Notes under the pieces: model-generated
The model's database searches: none
What the model saw: only the letters and a program-made list of their open reading frames with translations
Told to the model about the DNA's origin: nothing
DNA from: Chrysomallon squamiferum
Lineage: Eukaryota; Animalia; Mollusca
DNA: 64,000 nt
NCBI GenBank assembly: GCA_012295275.1
Contig: CM022679.1
Span: 11,904,001-11,968,000, forward strand
Direction of reading: 5' to 3'
Program-made: the position numbers and the translations under genes
Shown: positions 27,701 to 42,000 of the stretch, in pieces
How the letters are laid out: every line of letters begins with the position of its first letter
How positions within the stretch are numbered: the stretch's first letter is position 1

Positions 27701-30700
27701 TTAAAATACTTTATTTTTTACAAAACATATGTATCATAAAATGTCAACGTTAATTATTTGACATGTTTTATCCCTGAATAAAAATTATTATTGGCATTTA
27801 CAGTCTTATGAATGAACTGTGTAATTGTTCAAAGGTGGAGTTCTAAAAAACTAAAGAGATGAAACTGGTGTACATTTTATTACTTAAGCTGTTAAATGTA
27901 GGGTTTAATCATTTTTATATATATATAGATGTAATTATTTTCTAGTTGTTCACCTGGAACTGAGGGAGACAATTGTGAAACATCCCCTTTGGTTTGTTCA
28001 CATATTGATCCATGCACAAATAATGGACACTGCAATGAAACTAGTGGAACTGCTTATTGTACATGTCAGCAAAGTGAGTAGAGAAGACAGTAGCTGTTTT
28101 TCTTAATGAGTAAAACATATTTTTTTATTCATAATAATACTAGAAAAAAAATAATTAAATTTTGACTTATTCCAGTCACAATGGTCAGTGGTTTATTTTT
28201 ATTTTTTTTAACATAAATCACATCGTTCTATATCATTCATTGATACACAAGTTTCTAGTTTATTAAAAATTACATCAAAATGATCAACTATGATAAATAT
28301 ATTAATGTTCAACAAATTAATAAAATACGAAATGTAATAATAACACATTACATAATTTTCTCTCAATAATTTTGAAGATTATAGTGGTGTATCCTGTCAG
28401 TTGATTAAAGATTCATGTTCTTCAAATCCTTGCAGTCCAGGAGGAGACTGTGTTACAGAAAATATTGGTTATAAATGTGTATGTTCTGAGGGTAAGTGCC
28501 ATGAAGAATTTTTTATTGTATTTTTGATAGCCTAACTATATAAAAAGTACTGAATGAATATTTTGAATCAGAAAAACAATAACTAATTAACATAACACTT
28601 ACTTTGAATTGAATCAGATTCAGCACAGACTTATGCATAAAAGCTTTGCAAATGATGAAACTGATATATGGATTAATCTTGATGATTCATTTGCTTATAC
28701 TTAAATCTCCTTTCTGTTATGTTACAACATAATTTCAGGCTACCAAGGAGTTAACTGTGATCAAATGGTACCACTGTGTGACAACAAAGCCTGTCCAGCT
28801 TCACAAAGCTGTGAGTTTGATGAAAGAAACAAGTACTGTCTGTGTCCAGCTGGACAAGTCCCTGTAGGGGACCAGTGTAAAAGTATACATCAATTTTAAC
28901 ATTTTATGAATCATGTTCTCATTATATTGTTTTGCATTTGAAAGATTTAATTTGTCAGTAGAGTCAGATTTTGTAAATTATTATATAGATGTAGTGAATT
29001 TGTCCTGTGTGTCAGTAATAATTTGGTCAGAGGTATACTGAGTTGATTGTATTTTGTGTACTTTGACCTTTTAAAATTTGGGATTTTTTTGTGCTATCTG
29101 ACAGATAATTTTGTTTGTTTATAGCAGGAAATTTTAAATTTACATCTATATTCTTTGGTAATTCGTGTCTTTTAGTACTGAGAATAATGCATTCAAATGG
29201 ATTATTTAATTAAAAACTTGTCACAAAGCTACAGTATGTTAGCATAATGAGTTAGTTTCTAAAATTCTGTAAATTAGATTAAAAATGTTTTGAGCACATT
29301 TTTGAGTAACAAACAACAACAAACAAAATTCCTCTGTTACTATGCTATTTGGATAACAATATTTTTCTTAAAATTGGTCTAATTAGGTCTCATATAAATA
29401 CTTCTTGCCAAATCACCTGGCAGTTTTTCCTTTTAATTTTTTTTTTTTTTTTTTTTTTAATGCTTTTTATTTTTTTTTTTTTAAATAAAATTTTTTATTA
29501 AAAAATAGTTGATGCATATTAATTATTTTTCATTATTTTGGCAAAAGTTTAAACTGTTCTTTATTTTATCATTGGATTTAAAAATGACATTAATTTTAGT
29601 TAAAAATAATTCAGAATTAAAAAAGGAAAAGAAAGAAGATTAACTGTTATGGAGAATACATTCTTTGATATTTTAAACAAATTTTTATTTTACAGATGGA
29701 TCAAATGATTTTGACTTATGGTTTGACAAACGCTTGATTTCTGATGAAGTTCTATCAAGTCAGCCTTTTAAATTTAATAGTCTTGGGAACTTGACAGTGA
29801 TGTTTTGGATTGGCCTTTTGACTAACATATCCAGTGGATCCGTTTTTAGGATCCAAAACAAGTATATATCTACATTTAATTATCATGAATACACTATAAC
29901 AATGGTGGATTTGAATGATGATTTTAAATAAATTTTAAAATTTGGAAACTAAAATGTAATTTCCTAACATTCAGGTTTCAAAATTATTTTTAGGCAATAC
30001 TTATTACTAATTTAGATGTATTTTACACTGATATAGCACAACTACTAGCTGAGTTAGGTTTAAATGCTAATTAATTTGGCCAACAGACTTGTACCTTTAT
30101 TTGCCTTTGTATCTCTTTATGAAGTTGTTCAACCTAACTAGTGTTTGATATATTGTATTTATCAATATCAATAATCAACAATGCAAATATGTTTTACTTT
30201 CTATGACATTCACTAGACACTAACAATTGATTAAAAGGAAAATATCATAAAAGATGCACTATTTTGACAAAAAAGCTTAAAAAGAGATCTTTTGGTTCAC
30301 ATATTGAATTTGTACCATTTTTTTATTTAAAACATTAAAAGCACACTACTGGTAAATGAACTGTTTTATTTTCTTGTTGATTAGACAGCTCATTTTGACA
30401 ATCACATCAAAATAGTGATTTTTGTACCAGTCTCTAAATTAGACCATGAAATCACCTAAACTGTAATGATTTTTGTCATGATTTGCATCAATTAGATTAT
30501 TTCCTATTTCTCATGACAAATCATATGCTTTCTACCAATTAAATGCAGTTAAATATATCAGACTTAAATTGTTTTGGTTTGCTTTTATTAGATTTTGACA
30601 GCCAAATTTTACTTCTGAGATATCTGATTATGCTACAAGTCATATGCAATTTGTCACATGATTGCCACATTCCTAGCAGTATCTGTTTGCCAAAACAGTT

Positions 30701-33700
30701 TTTTTAGAAAGTCTCAAATCATTTCCCAGCAACACAGCCAGAAGGCTTGTACCATTATCTCCTTTGAGAAAATTAACAATTAGAAACTGAATTTAGTTTT
30801 GAGTATAAAGATTATGTTGTAGACTAATCAGGATTTCTTTATGATAGAAAAAAAGAAAAAGTAGAAGAAAAGGTATTTATATACTCAAAGCAAATATTAG
30901 TTAATTACTAAATTATTTTAATTATAAGATTTAATAATTTGTTTTGTTCCCTTTTGGTTTCATATTATATTGTTATAAGTTGATTGGTAGAACACTAACC
31001 TGAAATGAGACTGGTTGCAGGATAAACACTCCTTAGCACTCCAGTATTTCTCTCTCAAGACAGTATTTAATTACCAGTCTATCAAAGCCTATGATGCATG
31101 CTGTCTTGATTGTGGGAAGTGCATATAAAAGAACTATTACTGCTAACTGAAAAATACTAGCTGATTGCATGATAACAGCTGGTTTTCTATCTAATTATCT
31201 GTGTAGACCTTAACACACACACACACACACAGACATGCACAGAGAGATAAACAAATTAAAACTGTGTTGCTTTCATGATTTGCAAAACATTTATTTTATA
31301 ACATAACGTCTAAAAGTCTGGGTGTTTTTCCCCAAAACTATTATTTTGATTTTTATATTTATTTTTTCCAGCATCAATGAAGCCAAACTTTTTGAAGTTA
31401 TGACTGACAAAGTAATCTTTTTGGATGAGAATGTTTCAATGTCACATGTACAATCAGGAAAATGGAATCACATTGCAGTAACCTGGCAGTCAGATGGAAA
31501 ATATAAACTTATTGTTAATGGCTTTATAACTGAATCTGTTACAAAACCTCTTTCATTAAATAACCAGTAAGTACATAATAATGATTTCCATTTTAATGTC
31601 ATAATAAATTTAATTTTATAATAAACAGTTTGCTTTTTATTAAGTAAAAGTTATATTTGTCTTACAAATAAATAAATAAATAAAAACACAAAAACAAAAA
31701 CAACAAAAAATACTTTTAAAATATAAAACAGTTTGCTTTTTAAATAAAATCAAAAATAAAAAAAAAAAAAATAAAAATAATAAATCCAAAATAAAAATAA
31801 ATAAATAAATAAAACTCCAAAACCAAATACAAAAATTTTAAAAAATATATTTTTTTAAAAGTGTTTATTAATATATTATGAATGTATGTTTAATTAAAGT
31901 TTTATGTTATCTTGATCAAATATATTAATGAATGTTCAATAACAGAGTTTTTTTTCTATGATTTAAAATCAATAAATTAACTTTAATAACAGGTGATACA
32001 TTCTGTGTTTTTAATGATTATGAAAGAAAAGCATTTCCTAAAACAAAATTAAAATTCATAAATTGTTTTGAAATTCAGTGCAGAATGGAATTCAGTGATC
32101 AGTTCTTTTGGTTTGTTTTCTTTTCTTAAATTGTAATATTTTGTGAAAAACCCTATGAATTAAATTTACATACAGGTCTTTTCTTTTTCTTAAGAAATAG
32201 ATTATTAACATCATATCAAATTTTAACTTTAAAATGTTTTTAGGCTTATGAGACTTGTGTTTGACAGCCAGTTCATGGGATACATATCACAGCTGACAGT
32301 ATGGAGAGATGTTTTATCTGATGATGAAATATTTAAAGTTATTTCAAAACCCACGTTTGTTCCTAAGTATGATCTGGCGTTTGGATGGTATGACCTCATT
32401 TTAACAAAATCTGCATGGAGATTAACACCTAGCTTAGCAAAGTCTGAAGAAAAACTTTGTAATGTGTCACGTTATATGGACAAAACATGTGAAAATAAAA
32501 TGGGTATGTTAATGGATCATCAGTTCTATATCTTTAGTTAAAACCTTCCACATAGATATTGTTTTCCTACAAATGAAAGGTATTTTCAGTCTTCATCCAA
32601 TAATTTCACATTTGACTTTAAGCTATTTGATTCTGTCAAAGGTGTTTTAAAAATGTATCATGCATAAGACTATTTTTTGTTCTGGCTAATGCAAAGCAAA
32701 TTATAATAGATTGTATTCCATATCACATAATATAATTATCTTCTATTGGTAAAGCCCATTAATTTATATTATTGAAGCATAAAATATATACTTATTTCTT
32801 GATTATAATAACATAAAGAAACTTGTTTTATTTCATTCACTTTTTTAAAATTCAGATAAGGTTAAGCCATCTGCTGACAGCTGCCCTACAACATCTGTGA
32901 ATAGAGTAGTTAGTGAAAGAACAGTGGAAGTTAAAAATGTTGTTCCACAAATCAGCTTTGACAAAGGAGAAATACTAACATCTCTTTCAAGTAAGAAAAA
33001 GACAAACTATTGTTATATTGTCCTCTGTCTGTTAAATATGAGAAAAAACAATGAAAAAACATGAGTTGCAGATGAACATATTATTGACTCTACATCTAAT
33101 TGTATATAATATGTTAAATTACATGTTACTGGACATATTGCATATGTTGTTTAATTATCAAAATAAACACAAATTTGCTAATAGAATAATTTGTTTTATT
33201 GATATCCTAGAAGGCTTTATGTAATTATCTACTAATGCACAAAGAAAGATAAATTATAAACAATTTAAATGGATGTAATTTTGTTTTTCTTGGTTTTGTT
33301 AAAAGATAAGTTATTGTTATTTTCTTTCAAAAGGTGATCTGTTTACTTGGGGTGTTTATTCTGTCGTTTATGCTGCATTTGATCAAGAAGGGAATATTGG
33401 AGATTGTCGCTTCAAAGTTTATGTTAAAAGTAAGTTATTCTGATTAAAAAATATATATACAAAAATGAGTATAGTATTAGGGACAATATTTACTACTCAT
33501 AATATTCATCTCTTTTAAAGTGTAAAATTATTTGATGCATTTTGTGAAATGTTTATTTGATGAAGTTGAACAACATCTTAATAGTAAAATTATTTTTACA
33601 TAAACTTTTGATTCATCAGAACAAAAAAAGGGGGGTATATATACTGAACTCTCAATAAAAAAAAAAAAAAATTTGGCAAAAAACTTAGTTGTTTATTTTC

Positions 33701-35331
33701 TCTCTTTTTTTTTCTTTTTTTTTAAAATGAGTATGAAATTATTAGTATTATAAATATACTGAAAAAGTCTATTTCTAATTGACTGTTTTAGTATGGAGTT
33801 CTTCATGAGAAGAATGTTTTTATAAATGGGAAAAAATATTTTATATTTTTAAATTTCTTATAATTTCATTCATATATAAAGAACAAGACTGCAATGCTGC
33901 TGATGTCTATTCATCAAGTCAGTTCTGTGATTCAAGTAAAGGAGTTGAAATTTTTTGTCACTCACCGCAAAAGCCAGCAATACCATGGCCAAACATTATT
34001 AACTGTGGTGTTCTTGGGACCTACAGTAGAACAAATTCATTTGAGATGGCTGTTGAACCACCTTGTGGAGGTGAGCTGCATATTTTAAATAATAACTATA
34101 AAATTTCTTTAAAGAAAATTGCAAATTTTATGGACTTCTCAGTGAATATATTTTTATTTTTTTGAAAGTTAATGTGGAGCTAAAATATCTATCTTTTGAT
34201 TGTAATAAATTTTTTTTATTCATGTTTTAATTTTTTTTTACCACTTGTTCATTTTGGATTTAGACTTCTTTATGAATTTGTACCTAATATTCTATAAATT
34301 GGGAATAAAGTAATCTTTATTAAATGTATCTCAAAGCAGATACAGAATGTAATAAAAATGCCCCAAAATCTACAATATAAATTAAATGAAAGTCTATAAA
34401 TAAAATAAAAGTATCATTCAATGGTGACAACATGCTATTGTTTTTGTTATCATTAGCAAATAGTTCAAAGGAAAAAGTTTTCCTTAAATAATGCTTTTGT
34501 CTAGTATGATATTTAGAATTAAATTTAATCAGCCATTTGCAATTTGGTGTCTTTTGATACTTAATTCAGTCAAAATTAACAATTATTATTTACCATCAAG
34601 CCTTTTTATATACTGTGATTAATTGGTGACTAAAATTCACTTTAAACTTTTTTCTTTCTTCATAATTCATTCAGTAAAAGTATGTTTCTGTTTATATCAC
34701 CAGACAGCATTAAAATAAAGAAAGAAAGAAAAAATTCATTTCGTATAATTATTTAAAACTAATTTTAAATATAACATTACAAATATTCAGTATAAAAGAA
34801 ATTTGAGTTTATATATATGTATGTATGTATGTATTTTGCTTAAGTACATAATCATGTTTTTCTAATTTAAATTGCCATATTTCTACATTATATTTTTACA
34901 GATACACAGATTCAGAAATTCACTGTTTCCATTAAGATAAAATATCATATGCAACTTAAGTGTACTGCAGAGAAGGCAAATCTTCTTAAAGACAAAGTTA
35001 CATCAGCCTTGAAAGCTCTTGGCTCCTCATGGAATGGTCTTACTACTTTCTTATCAGTTTCTGCATCCTGCATAAATCTTTCACCAAATGATGTTTTCAT
35101 TAAAGCTGAATTCTCCCATTTGCTGTAAGAATATCTATGAAAATTTATGTTTTTTGTAAATTTACATGAAAAAAATGTTAGAAAAGTGCTAAAATGTTTT
35201 GAATGAACTATCTTTACGTGATATTTACAGATTGTGGTAATATTGTATTTTTTAAACAGCTCAGTATTTTTGTATTTAATTATGTTCTATCAAACATAGT
35301 TAAAAAAAAAAAAAAAAAAAAATAATAAATA

Positions 35332-35365
<34 letters not shown>

Positions 35366-38300
35366 TGAAATTGAAACAAGAAATTTACATTTAATTAAAA
35401 CTTATCATCTAGAAAATTTACATTGGCTGATTATCTTCTTTATAAAATGTTTGTATAACATTTTTCTGATTTCTAAAACTTAGTGTGTTGTTGTATATAC
35501 ATATAGTTAGTGGAAGTTGAATAAACTGTTATATCACAAAAGTTTTAATTTATTTTATTTTATTTTTTGTTTATCCCTTACCAGAGTTGGTCTTACAAAC
35601 AGAAATAAAATAATAAACAATATAAAATGTTATTTGTTTCAGATACACTTTAACTTAGAACTGAGCAACCTGCAGGGCAGACATATTATAATAAAGATTA
35701 TCCTGTTTACTTCTCTGTCTTTTCAGGTCCACTATTAATGGGTTGGCACCTTTAGAAATAATTAAAGAAGCAGTCTTAGAAAATAACACACTTGAAGGAG
35801 CTGACTTTAAGGTAGGAAAAGATTATCATGTAAATAATTAGGTAAGACTACTCATCATAATTTCAAGATTCGTTATTTTAAAATTAATATGAACTGGAAA
35901 TAACTTTGAATATACATTATACTAAATGTTACTGTAGCTTGAAGATATACTGTATAGAAAAGTAAGACATTATTGCATAGACTACAGGTGATATTTCCAA
36001 TTTTGTTGAGTCATCTTTAAAGCATTTCATTAACATTTTATATAATTTTAGTTCAGTGAGTATGTAAATTAACAATATAGTTTAGGTTGTCAATAAATAA
36101 ATAAAAATATCTCAAACAAATTTGAGGTCAGATATTTTAGTGTAGAACATATTTTCGTTTGCTATGAAGTTAATATATATTTTAAATTTGTAAAAAACTA
36201 ATTTATTTTGATTGATAAATACATTTTTGGACTAGTTTTGCCCTATTCATAGCAGCAAGAATGTATTATGTTTTTTCTTTATTTTTCTTGCACAGCAGGA
36301 TGTTAAGATAATCTAACTTGATATTAAGATAATGTAATATGATAATGGCTGAACATAATGCATTCATAATGAAAAGAAAGTGAAATGTTAGTTTTGTATC
36401 ATTTTTATAACACAAAGGAATATAACTGTTAACATATCAGAAGAAACAGATAACTGTTAATATATCAGAATAAACAGATGTTAACTTATTTTCATATTTA
36501 GAAAAAATATGCTGAAAAATATTTTAGGTCACATTTTTGTATTTTTTAGAGTGTTAATTATCCATGAAACTCATCTCCTTTTCAGTTACAACCAATTATT
36601 TACAGCATTAGGTGTTAGAAAACTGTTTATGAGTGTCTGTTAATAAATGTTAAATTTAATAAAAATAAAATAAATTTGTAAAATCTGACATCAAATGGAA
36701 ACATTTATTATGCATAATTATATGTGTCAGTTTGTTTGTACATATTTGTATATGGGATGAGTAGTTTAAAATAATTTTTCATTTCACATCATTCATTTCA
36801 GACTGTTGCTAATGCTGTACTCTTGAAAAATGAATCAGTATTTGATGAGTTTGTTTCATGTGACACAGTTGGTTATGTGATTGTTGGAAATTATTGTGGT
36901 ATGTATTTTAATCTTACATTAATATTAATAGATGTAAAAATGCTTTTAATTTTTTTAATATATTTGTTGATTCAAAAGTTGAGATATTACTTTCATCCAC
37001 TATATGAATGAAAACATACTGTGTGACTTTTCTTCTGTGTTTTGTAATTTCAGTTCAGTGTGGACCAGGTTCTTTCTATAACACAAGTATTAAGCAGTGT
37101 GTGTTATGTGAAGTTGGCTCTTACAGTTCATCTCCTAACAATACTGCCTGTCAAATGTGTGATCAGGGTAAGACTACTTTAAGGCAAGGAAGCAGACATT
37201 CAGCTGACTGTGTTGGTAAGTTGATAAATATAATTTTACTCTCTAATATTAAAATAAAAGAGTTTTAGGAAAGTATGTGTTATAACAAAAAAATAAATAA
37301 ATTTTAAATAAAAAAAAAAAAAAAAAACAAAAAGAATAAGCAAAAACAAGAAATAAATAAAAATAACAATAAAAAAAAAATTAGCAAAACAAAAACAAAA
37401 ACCAAAAACTCCTGAAAAAAAACAACAACCCCCAAAAAAAAAAATAATAAAATTAACAAACAAATTATGAACATAATTAAAAACAAAATTAGAAGTAAAA
37501 AATATTTTACTTATGTTGATCTATTTGTTTTTCAATAAATATTATACTAATGGTCTGAGAATTTTTTTTAAATTTGAAAAATCTTTTTTAAAATAATGAA
37601 ATATAAAATAGGTTTAAATTTATACAATGAAACTTGGGAGTGTTGTAAATATTTTCAAATTTAATATAACTGTATAAAAAAGCTGGTTGGTTTGTATTGG
37701 AAACAAACAAACAATAAATACAATATATTATGCTATATATATGCAATATATATGTGTATGTGTGTGTGTGTGTGTGTTTCACAAACATTTTTTATATGTG
37801 AATTACAGGGCATTTTGTTTAGAGATGATTTCTCTTTTGTTATATTGTGTTGGTTTATTAAGAACCCTGTAAAAAAAAAAAAAAAAAAAACATATTGCCT
37901 CATCATTTTTTCCTTCATCCATGTATTTTAAAATACAGTTTTATTTATTTTTAGTTTGTTGTTTTAAGTTATGTAGATGCCATTTCACTCTATATTTTTA
38001 GATAAATGCCCTGTTGGCCAGTACTTGAATGAGAATAAATGTACAGACTGTCCAAGGGATTATTATCAAAATGAAGAAGGAAAGAATTACTGCCTTCCCT
38101 GTCCTGTGGGCAAGAGAACAAAGGATCCCAAAACAGATTCAAAAGACAAATGTTTTGGTATGAACCAAGTCTTATTAACATATTGTTTTGTGATAAAAGA
38201 GGAAGAAAATAAATTAATGTACAAATATATCTTTTCTGAAAACATTACTTATCACAGACTAATAATTATTTTGCATAAATGTATCAATCTGACAATAAAC

Positions 38301-38987
38301 CTACGCATTAAATAGTTTTTGTAGGATCAGATTTATAGTGAAACAATATAAAATATATATATTTAAAAACCCCAAAACTAAAGCAAATTCAGATGTATTG
38401 TTGTTATCAGTTGTTGTTATTATATCTATTCTTTAAATTCTTGTTTAAGAAATAATCTACTCCTTCCATTTTTAATTTCAGATGATTGTCCTTCTGGAAC
38501 AGAACTAAATGCAAATGGCACCTGTACAGAATGTGAACAAGGATATTATCGTACACAAACACTGCAAGATGTATGTGAAAGATGTCCTGAAGGGAACACA
38601 ACACTGAAAAACAAATCTTCATCTGTTTCTGACTGTGTTTTGCGTATGAACCTTTTGGGATTTTTTGATGACTTTATTTGTATTTATTTAATTGAAAGCT
38701 GAAATAACAACTGATGTATATCTGATGTTTTGTAATTGTTTAGAATGGTGTATCTTCAAAGAATTATTCTTTTGGTTATATTTTTTGTTGTTGTTTCTTG
38801 TTTTTGTTTACTTTGCAGTTCATATATCTTTATGTCCTTCTTGAGCAACTGTAAATTTAATATATCAAACTATTTATTTATTTTGTTTTGTTTATTTTCA
38901 CTTTCTTTATTACTTATATTTATACTTAAAATGTGTATATAAAACAGGACCCCCCCATATACACACCCACACAAACACCTGCACATA

Positions 38988-39024
<37 letters not shown>

Positions 39025-42000
39025 TAAATATTCTTAAATTTATGCTTCATATCTTTTTCATATTTTTTAGCCAACTGTACCAAAGGACACTTCATAAATA
39101 CAACTGAAAAAACATGTGTTCCTTGTCCTTTTGGTCAATATCAACCTGACAAATGGAAATTTGAATGTATCAAATGTGAAGAAAATTACACCACTGAACT
39201 TGAAAATTCAGTATCTGCAGATGACTGCAGGTGTAAGTAATTAAAGTATTTATGAAATATTTCTGCAGTAAGCACATGAAAAATTTCTGCTGCAAAATAA
39301 TTATATGAATTTGTCAACGATCTGATTTTGACAATTAATTATGACAATATTTTTCAGTTTTCTGTAAGCCTGGCTTTGAAGAAAACCCAGAGAAACCTAA
39401 AACATGTAGAAAGTGTTTAATTGGATTTTATCACAATGGTAGTCTAGAGACTCGCTTTGAGAACTGCACTGCTTGTCCAAGTGAATTTACTACAGAAACT
39501 GATGAAGCTAAGTCAAAGGAAGATTGCAAAATTAGTAATTATTAAATATATCTTTGGTGATAAGATCAAAAATTTTGTTAATATTTATTGCATGCTTTAA
39601 AGTAATGTTTTTGTTGATTTTTGCCTGAAAGGGTACAGTTAAAATACCACAGTTATGAACTAAAATTATCAAAATGATTCAAATAGAAGAAAAAATATCA
39701 CCTTCCACATTATTTGAAAATAGAATTGTTTATTGTCCATAATGACATATTCAGCAACAGCTGCTGAAGGTAAAGCCTTAGTTGAAATTGATAATAAACA
39801 GCAGTATTTACTTAAGAGACAAAAAAAAAGAAAAAAAAAAGAAGAAAGTTCAACCTGATGGAAAAACATTGAACTCACCTAACACTTCTTACACAGTGTA
39901 AAAACAGTTTTAATGTTGTAATTGTTTAGTTATACCCAGTAATTGTATTAGACCATTTATTTGTACTGCAAGAGGCACACTTTAACTAAACTAAGATGTT
40001 TTATAGATATATAATTCTTTTGTCTTCTTGATTATCACCCAATGAAAGACGTTGGGAACTGATCACAGTAAATGAATCTATACACTAGTATACTATTAAT
40101 AGTCATCGTTTTATATGCTGTAAGGACAAACTTTTAATTCTTTTAAGTTATGATCTTTAATTTTAAAATTTGCAGCTTTGTTTTTGATATTGATTGGCTT
40201 ATATTGTCCTTTATATTTAGAGATTAGAATGGATAGGAGAATGTTGTCTTTCTTCATAAGCATGTTAGTATTTTTAATTTAATCAAAAGAGATTTTATAA
40301 GAGTTGTTGCCAAATGAATTATTATATGTGCTGTAAAATAAATCCATCTAAATAAATGTTTTCTTACAGGAATTTGTCAAAAAGGGTCATACAGAAATGT
40401 AACAGATAACCTCTGTTATAAATGTCAGATTGGTTATTATCAACCAGATGACATGAAAACATCCTGCATTCAGTGTAATACTAATTACAGCACCAAAAAT
40501 GAAGGATCTGACAATTCATCTCAATGTATTTGTAAGTTTAAATATCTTCTTCTTTTTTCTTTTTTTTTCATGTGCAAGCTTTAGCTTAAACAGAATTAGT
40601 TCCAACCAACATTTCCAAAATGATGATTATTTAAATAAATAAAATTACAATAACTGTCTTGATTTTGAAATCTACAGATGTTAAGTTTGATTATGTTATC
40701 TTAAATATGCCTTTTACTAATAAAATATATATACATACATACATACATATATATTTTCAAATGATCAAATAATAAAGTAGTTATCTATTAAAAAAATACA
40801 ACTACCTAAAATATTTCTTTAATTTTAAAACAGTCTACTGTCCTGATGGATATGAAGTCAAGTCAGCAGAAGATAAAACATGTCAAATCTGTCCACGTGG
40901 AACGTACAGGAGTAACACTGGAAGTGAAAGATTTTCTCCTTGTCAGAACTGTACACAAAATACAACTGATTATCCAGGGTCTAAAACAGAAACTGAATGC
41001 AACATACGTAAGTTTTACGTCAGAATAGATGAGCTTATAAAAATCTGTTTAATGTGTTTACTATGTTTATTATTAGAAAGATGAAGTAAAACAATAAATT
41101 ATCTTTCTTTTTATTTCATGTTGCAGCAATCTGCACTTTAGGTCAGATTATTGTGAACAACAGCTGCATGGACTGTCCAGTTGATACATATCAAAATATT
41201 ACATTGCCTGATTCCAAGACTGTATGTAAAAATTGCAGTAGTGGGTTAGGTACTAATTCATCAAAGTCATCTGCAGAATCAGACTGCAAGTGTAAGTGTT
41301 TTTACAACCTTTATCTTATAGTTTGCCTCCCACCTGAAGGAGACATTACTATATAATTTTACCAGTCTCATAATGATTAACTCCTAGCCCAACTTTCTTA
41401 AGATAAAACATTGAAAATGTAATATTAATATTTTTGTCCACTGATTTCTAATACAGACATAATTGGCCTTCTAACTATAAGCACTTTAATGATTAATCAA
41501 CAAGTATGTAGTTGTTTATCTGTATAAAAAATATGTGCCTTTTTAATCAACCCTTTCGTGTAGGCATACAAATATTACATTTATATACAGTGATGCTGTT
41601 TTAGAAAAATTGAGAAGACCTATATTTGGTTTTCAGCTGTTTGTCCTGAAGGACAACAGTTTAACGAGACTAGTAACTCATGTAAACTGTGTCCACAAGG
41701 ATACTGGAAGAACAGCACTATGAGGTTTGAAAACTGCAAAAAATGTCAAGACAGTTATACTACTTCTGGAGAAGGTGCAACTGATTCTAGCAATTGTTCC
41801 TTAAGTAAGTTTTATATGCATTATATTTCTTATTACACTTTAAGATAATAAACATCAAAATTAAAAACAAAATGTTAAGAAAGAACATGACTATCTGACA
41901 TTTGGTATTTTAATATAAATTTGTATTTGAATAATATATTTTGCACTAGATACTCATTACATCATATTTATTTTTCTTCTGAAAATCAGATATCACACAA

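Noticed and set aside
22205-28882. Calling the gene Notch, crumbs or fibropellin from the EGF array, or splitting it into several genes
   Set aside because: There are no LNR or ankyrin domains, and exon phases join continuously from CTLD to TM, consistent with one Uif-type gene.
30980-31140. Possible decayed tRNA-derived SINE head (TGGTAGAACACT...GGTTGCAGG)
   Set aside because: The B-box is not recognisable, and there is no TSD or second copy in the window.
37236-37931. Cluster of Phe/Leu-rich and CV-repeat ORFs
   Set aside because: These come from intronic poly-A/T and (GT)n low-complexity sequence.
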